The translations under genes and the position numbers were made by a program. DNA of 63,216 nt, the filler included, from Pelomyxa schiedti (taxonomy: Eukaryota > Protista > Evosea), in NCBI GenBank assembly GCA_020536535.1. It is 15 parts of 15 records of this genome, joined end to end, with 100 filler letters (N's around TTAATTAATTAA, not from the genome) between each part and the next. Parts side by side here need not be neighbours in the genome. Positions count along the whole stretch, not along the records: positions 59,629 to 60,936 come from JAHLWZ010002601.1; positions 61,037 to 62,088 come from JAHLWZ010002928.1; positions 62,189 to 63,216 come from JAHLWZ010002980.1; 12 more parts are not named here. The stretch is one strand, 5' to 3'. Under the pieces are notes generated by a model. It made no database searches, was not told where the DNA came from, and saw nothing but the letters and a program-made list of their open reading frames with translations. Shown here in pieces: positions 60,621 to 63,216 of this stretch; position 1 is the stretch's first letter; each line of letters begins with the position of its first letter.

Positions 60621-61036
60621 TAGCGATGGTGGCCATAAAATCCCGAGATATGATGTCACGGCTTAACTCGCCAGGTCTTTTTGAGCTTCCACTCCCTTTG
60701 GGATTGAGTGGGAAAAAATGGTGGATGAAAGGTGCTGCCTGTGGGACGTGACAAAAAAGAACCCATAAATTTAGATCAACAAAGTAAGATACCTAAAAAA
60801 ACGCCAGACTGCCGATATATAGAGGATAATGGGTTTGTGTTGTTTGTTAGGACAAAAATGAGCTCAAGAAAGACAGCACATGAGAGTTCACACGTTCTGC
60901 TGTGTGCCTGGAATCAGGTGGGTCATACAGTAGAATNNNNNNNNNNNNNNNNNNNNNNNNNNNNNNNNNNNNNNNNNNNNTTAATTAATTAANNNNNNNN
61001 NNNNNNNNNNNNNNNNNNNNNNNNNNNNNNNNNNNN

Positions 61037-61262
61037 GAAGTGTTTGATAAAAACGGAGATGGAGAAATAGACATGGAAGAACTCCGCCGGGTTTGTTTTT
61101 TCCTCTGTAACAACCATCTTCTAAATCTTTCACAAGGTCCTTCCCACACTAGGAGAGGCTCTCACTGATGATCAGATCGTGCAAATGATAAAGGAGGTCG
61201 ATGTCGATGGTGATGGCAAGATAAGCTTTGATGAATTTGTGCAGATCATGACAATTCACTAA
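61037..61262 (+). CDS. Calmodulin-like EF-hand protein, C-terminal lobe (intron 61091-61136)
   Basis: EVFDKNGDGEIDMEELRR/VLPTLGEALTDDQIVQMIKEVDVDGDGKISFDEFVQIMTIH*. Confidence 0.9.
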
Positions 61263-61429
61263 ATGCCAAAATACATTAATGCCAATAATAACAACCTTAT
61301 GGGAGCCTGTTAGTAGTGTTTGCACTCCCAACTTCGCCCTCAACTTGGCCAAGTTTGTGGACCTCCCCAACTTGTTAGTTTTCTAGAAACGACACATAAC
61401 ACAACATTGTTTTATCTAAAATTGAAAAG

Positions 61430-62088
61430 ATGTCTGTGGAGAAGACACTCCCACAACAGACCAAATCGTTGCCTTGGGCACTGGAGTACTTGTTGGACGG
61501 TGCGCGGCGCAGTCGCCGCTGCGGGTGCTGCCCCACCACGTTCTCTTCCACGACATCGGCCGGGACTGGGTTATGGGTGTTGCCAGGACGGCCATCGTCA
61601 GTGTCGTCCGCGACGAGGAACTCAACGGCGGCTGGACGTCGTCGTTGTGGTGGTTTGTGAGTGTGTCGCACACACTGGGTGTTGTTGGAATCAGGGTTGA
61701 GGACCCTGGCCTTGGGTGTGACCCCAGAATGGTGTGTGGGTGGGTTGACAGCAACTCCGGGAGGATTGTGATGTGGCCAAGGCCGCTCCCTGCAACTGCA
61801 CCGGGTGAATCGGTCAAGTCAATCTCCTTGAAGAGGGGTGAAAAGCTCGGCTGGATTGACGTAATGGATGGGAACACGGCAGTTGTGTCAGTGGTGAAGA
61901 GGCGTGAGAATGTGTTGTGGTTTGATGACTTGGAGAAAACTCACCAGAAGGGTGTATTTGTCATCACTCAGGAGTTCCACCTTCCTGCTAAGTGCACTGG
62001 CATTTATTGGTCTGCAGAGCATGGTTTCATTGTTTCCATCAAGAACAGTGGGAAGGGTTCTGGGTTTATGATCCTGGCCACACGCCAA
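61430..62088 (+). pseudogene. Family X member, likely frameshifted near the start; cut by contig end
   Basis: DQIVALG..GRCAAQSPLRVL, IGRDWV, VSVSHTLGVV and FDDLEK. The ATG at 61430 is in a different frame. Confidence 0.6.
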
Positions 62089-62444
62089 NNNNNNNNNNNN
62101 NNNNNNNNNNNNNNNNNNNNNNNNNNNNNNNNTTAATTAATTAANNNNNNNNNNNNNNNNNNNNNNNNNNNNNNNNNNNNNNNNNNNNAGCATCAAGCAA
62201 TGCTTTCTCTGCCACAGAGAGACAATCTGGGTGCCGTGGAAAAGGGAGAGGTTTGGGTGAGCCTAATCACATTTTGCCACCCACAGTTTCAAAGCTTACC
62301 GGCGGCACCACCAGTAAGATGAACCGGGGATCACACACACAAAAAAAATAAAAGTGACAGGTAAATTGCCAAAGTGCTTTACCGGCGGTGCCGCCAGTAA
62401 GGGTTGTGAATTTGGCACCAAATAATCAAAATGCACAGGGAAAA

Positions 62445-63216
62445 CATACCTCCAGCATGACACCGAGAGATGCAATCATACACACCCTCGATGTCGGTCG
62501 CTGTGAGCACTTTACCGATTCGAGCATCTTGCCAGATCTGAGGGCTGATTCCCTCGAGGCACCGACTGCACTGACGGAGTTTAACCCAGATGGCCGGGTC
62601 GTTACGCCACCCCACATGCGGAATGTCCCTCTCCCAATCTTTGATTCTGCCCACATCCAGATCTCTGTTTTTGTTATTGAATTTGATGGATTAAACGCAG
62701 GCAAGACCACACATAGAATCGCAATATGCTTTCCATGCTACCCCTTCTTGTGCGCGCAGCACATATAGGCTAAACAACAACAACAACACACAAGTTTTTG
62801 ATCCCACAATGCTGAGAAACCGATCACAAGTTCGTGGAAAACATCTTTTTTTCCCGCTCCGAGAGGTCCGACTAGCGTTAACGGTCCGAAAAATTCGTCC
62901 GATAACCGTAACGACACAAGCCGAAAAGTGCCAAATACGTGGGTATGGCGAGTGAGGCACGGTGTTGTGTGTCTATGCCACCCACAGATGAGCTGTGTGG
63001 GGAGACACCTTTGTTGTTTTGTGTGTTGTTGTCGGCACATGCAACTAAGACACATATCGTTTTTCTGGTGTACCTGTGGCCATTTCCACCAGCCGAATAG
63101 TGCCGTGAAATACTGAGGAGCCAATGTTGTCCATCTCAGTCAATGTGGCATCGTGAAAATACTTTGAGGAAATTACCTGGGCCATTTCCTCAGCTGCCAT
63201 CACCTCGACTTTGTGC
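62445..63216 (-). CDS. Hypothetical multi-exon gene fragment
   Basis: Open exon-like segments (HKVEVMAAEEM.., DLDVGRIKDW..CHAG) bounded by AG/GT. Confidence 0.3.

Noticed and set aside
62295-62402. Two copies of a 22-nt near-palindrome (TTACCGGCGG..CC.CCAGTAA)
   Set aside because: Only two short copies; insufficient to call a MITE or regulatory site.

Overview
This is eukaryotic protist DNA, not a prokaryotic locus. The window is 15 unrelated contigs/scaffolds joined by an artificial N-TTAATTAATTAA-N linker, plus four 100-N scaffold gaps. Genes have short (~45-130 nt) GT-AG introns. The expanded gene families resemble, from memory and unverified, those of the archamoeba Pelomyxa. Content: a duplicated Roco-type pseudokinase, a large multi-exon protein ending in a PINK1-like kinase, a 5'-truncated SART1/Snu66, two SEL1-repeat genes, two tandem Rho-like/Kelch(/F-box) genes, a calmodulin-like and two small-GTPase fragments, six members of an uncharacterised family 'X', four members of a degenerate ankyrin-like family 'Y', decayed DIRS-like retroelements, two short dispersed repeats, and a long-inverted-repeat element enclosing a Roco fragment. 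Main discovery: two paralogous ankyrin genes (the complete one is ANK-coiled coil-SAM-SAM-U-box). In each, the hairpin loop between ankyrin repeats 2 and 3 appears to be encoded by ten phase-0 microexons (eight single codons, one of 6 nt, one of 9 nt), each bounded by AG and GT. Part of the array arose by tandem duplication of an intron+codon unit, and the codons differ between paralogues. This looks like a splicing-based system for diversifying the recognition surface of an E3 ligase; RNA data are needed to confirm it.
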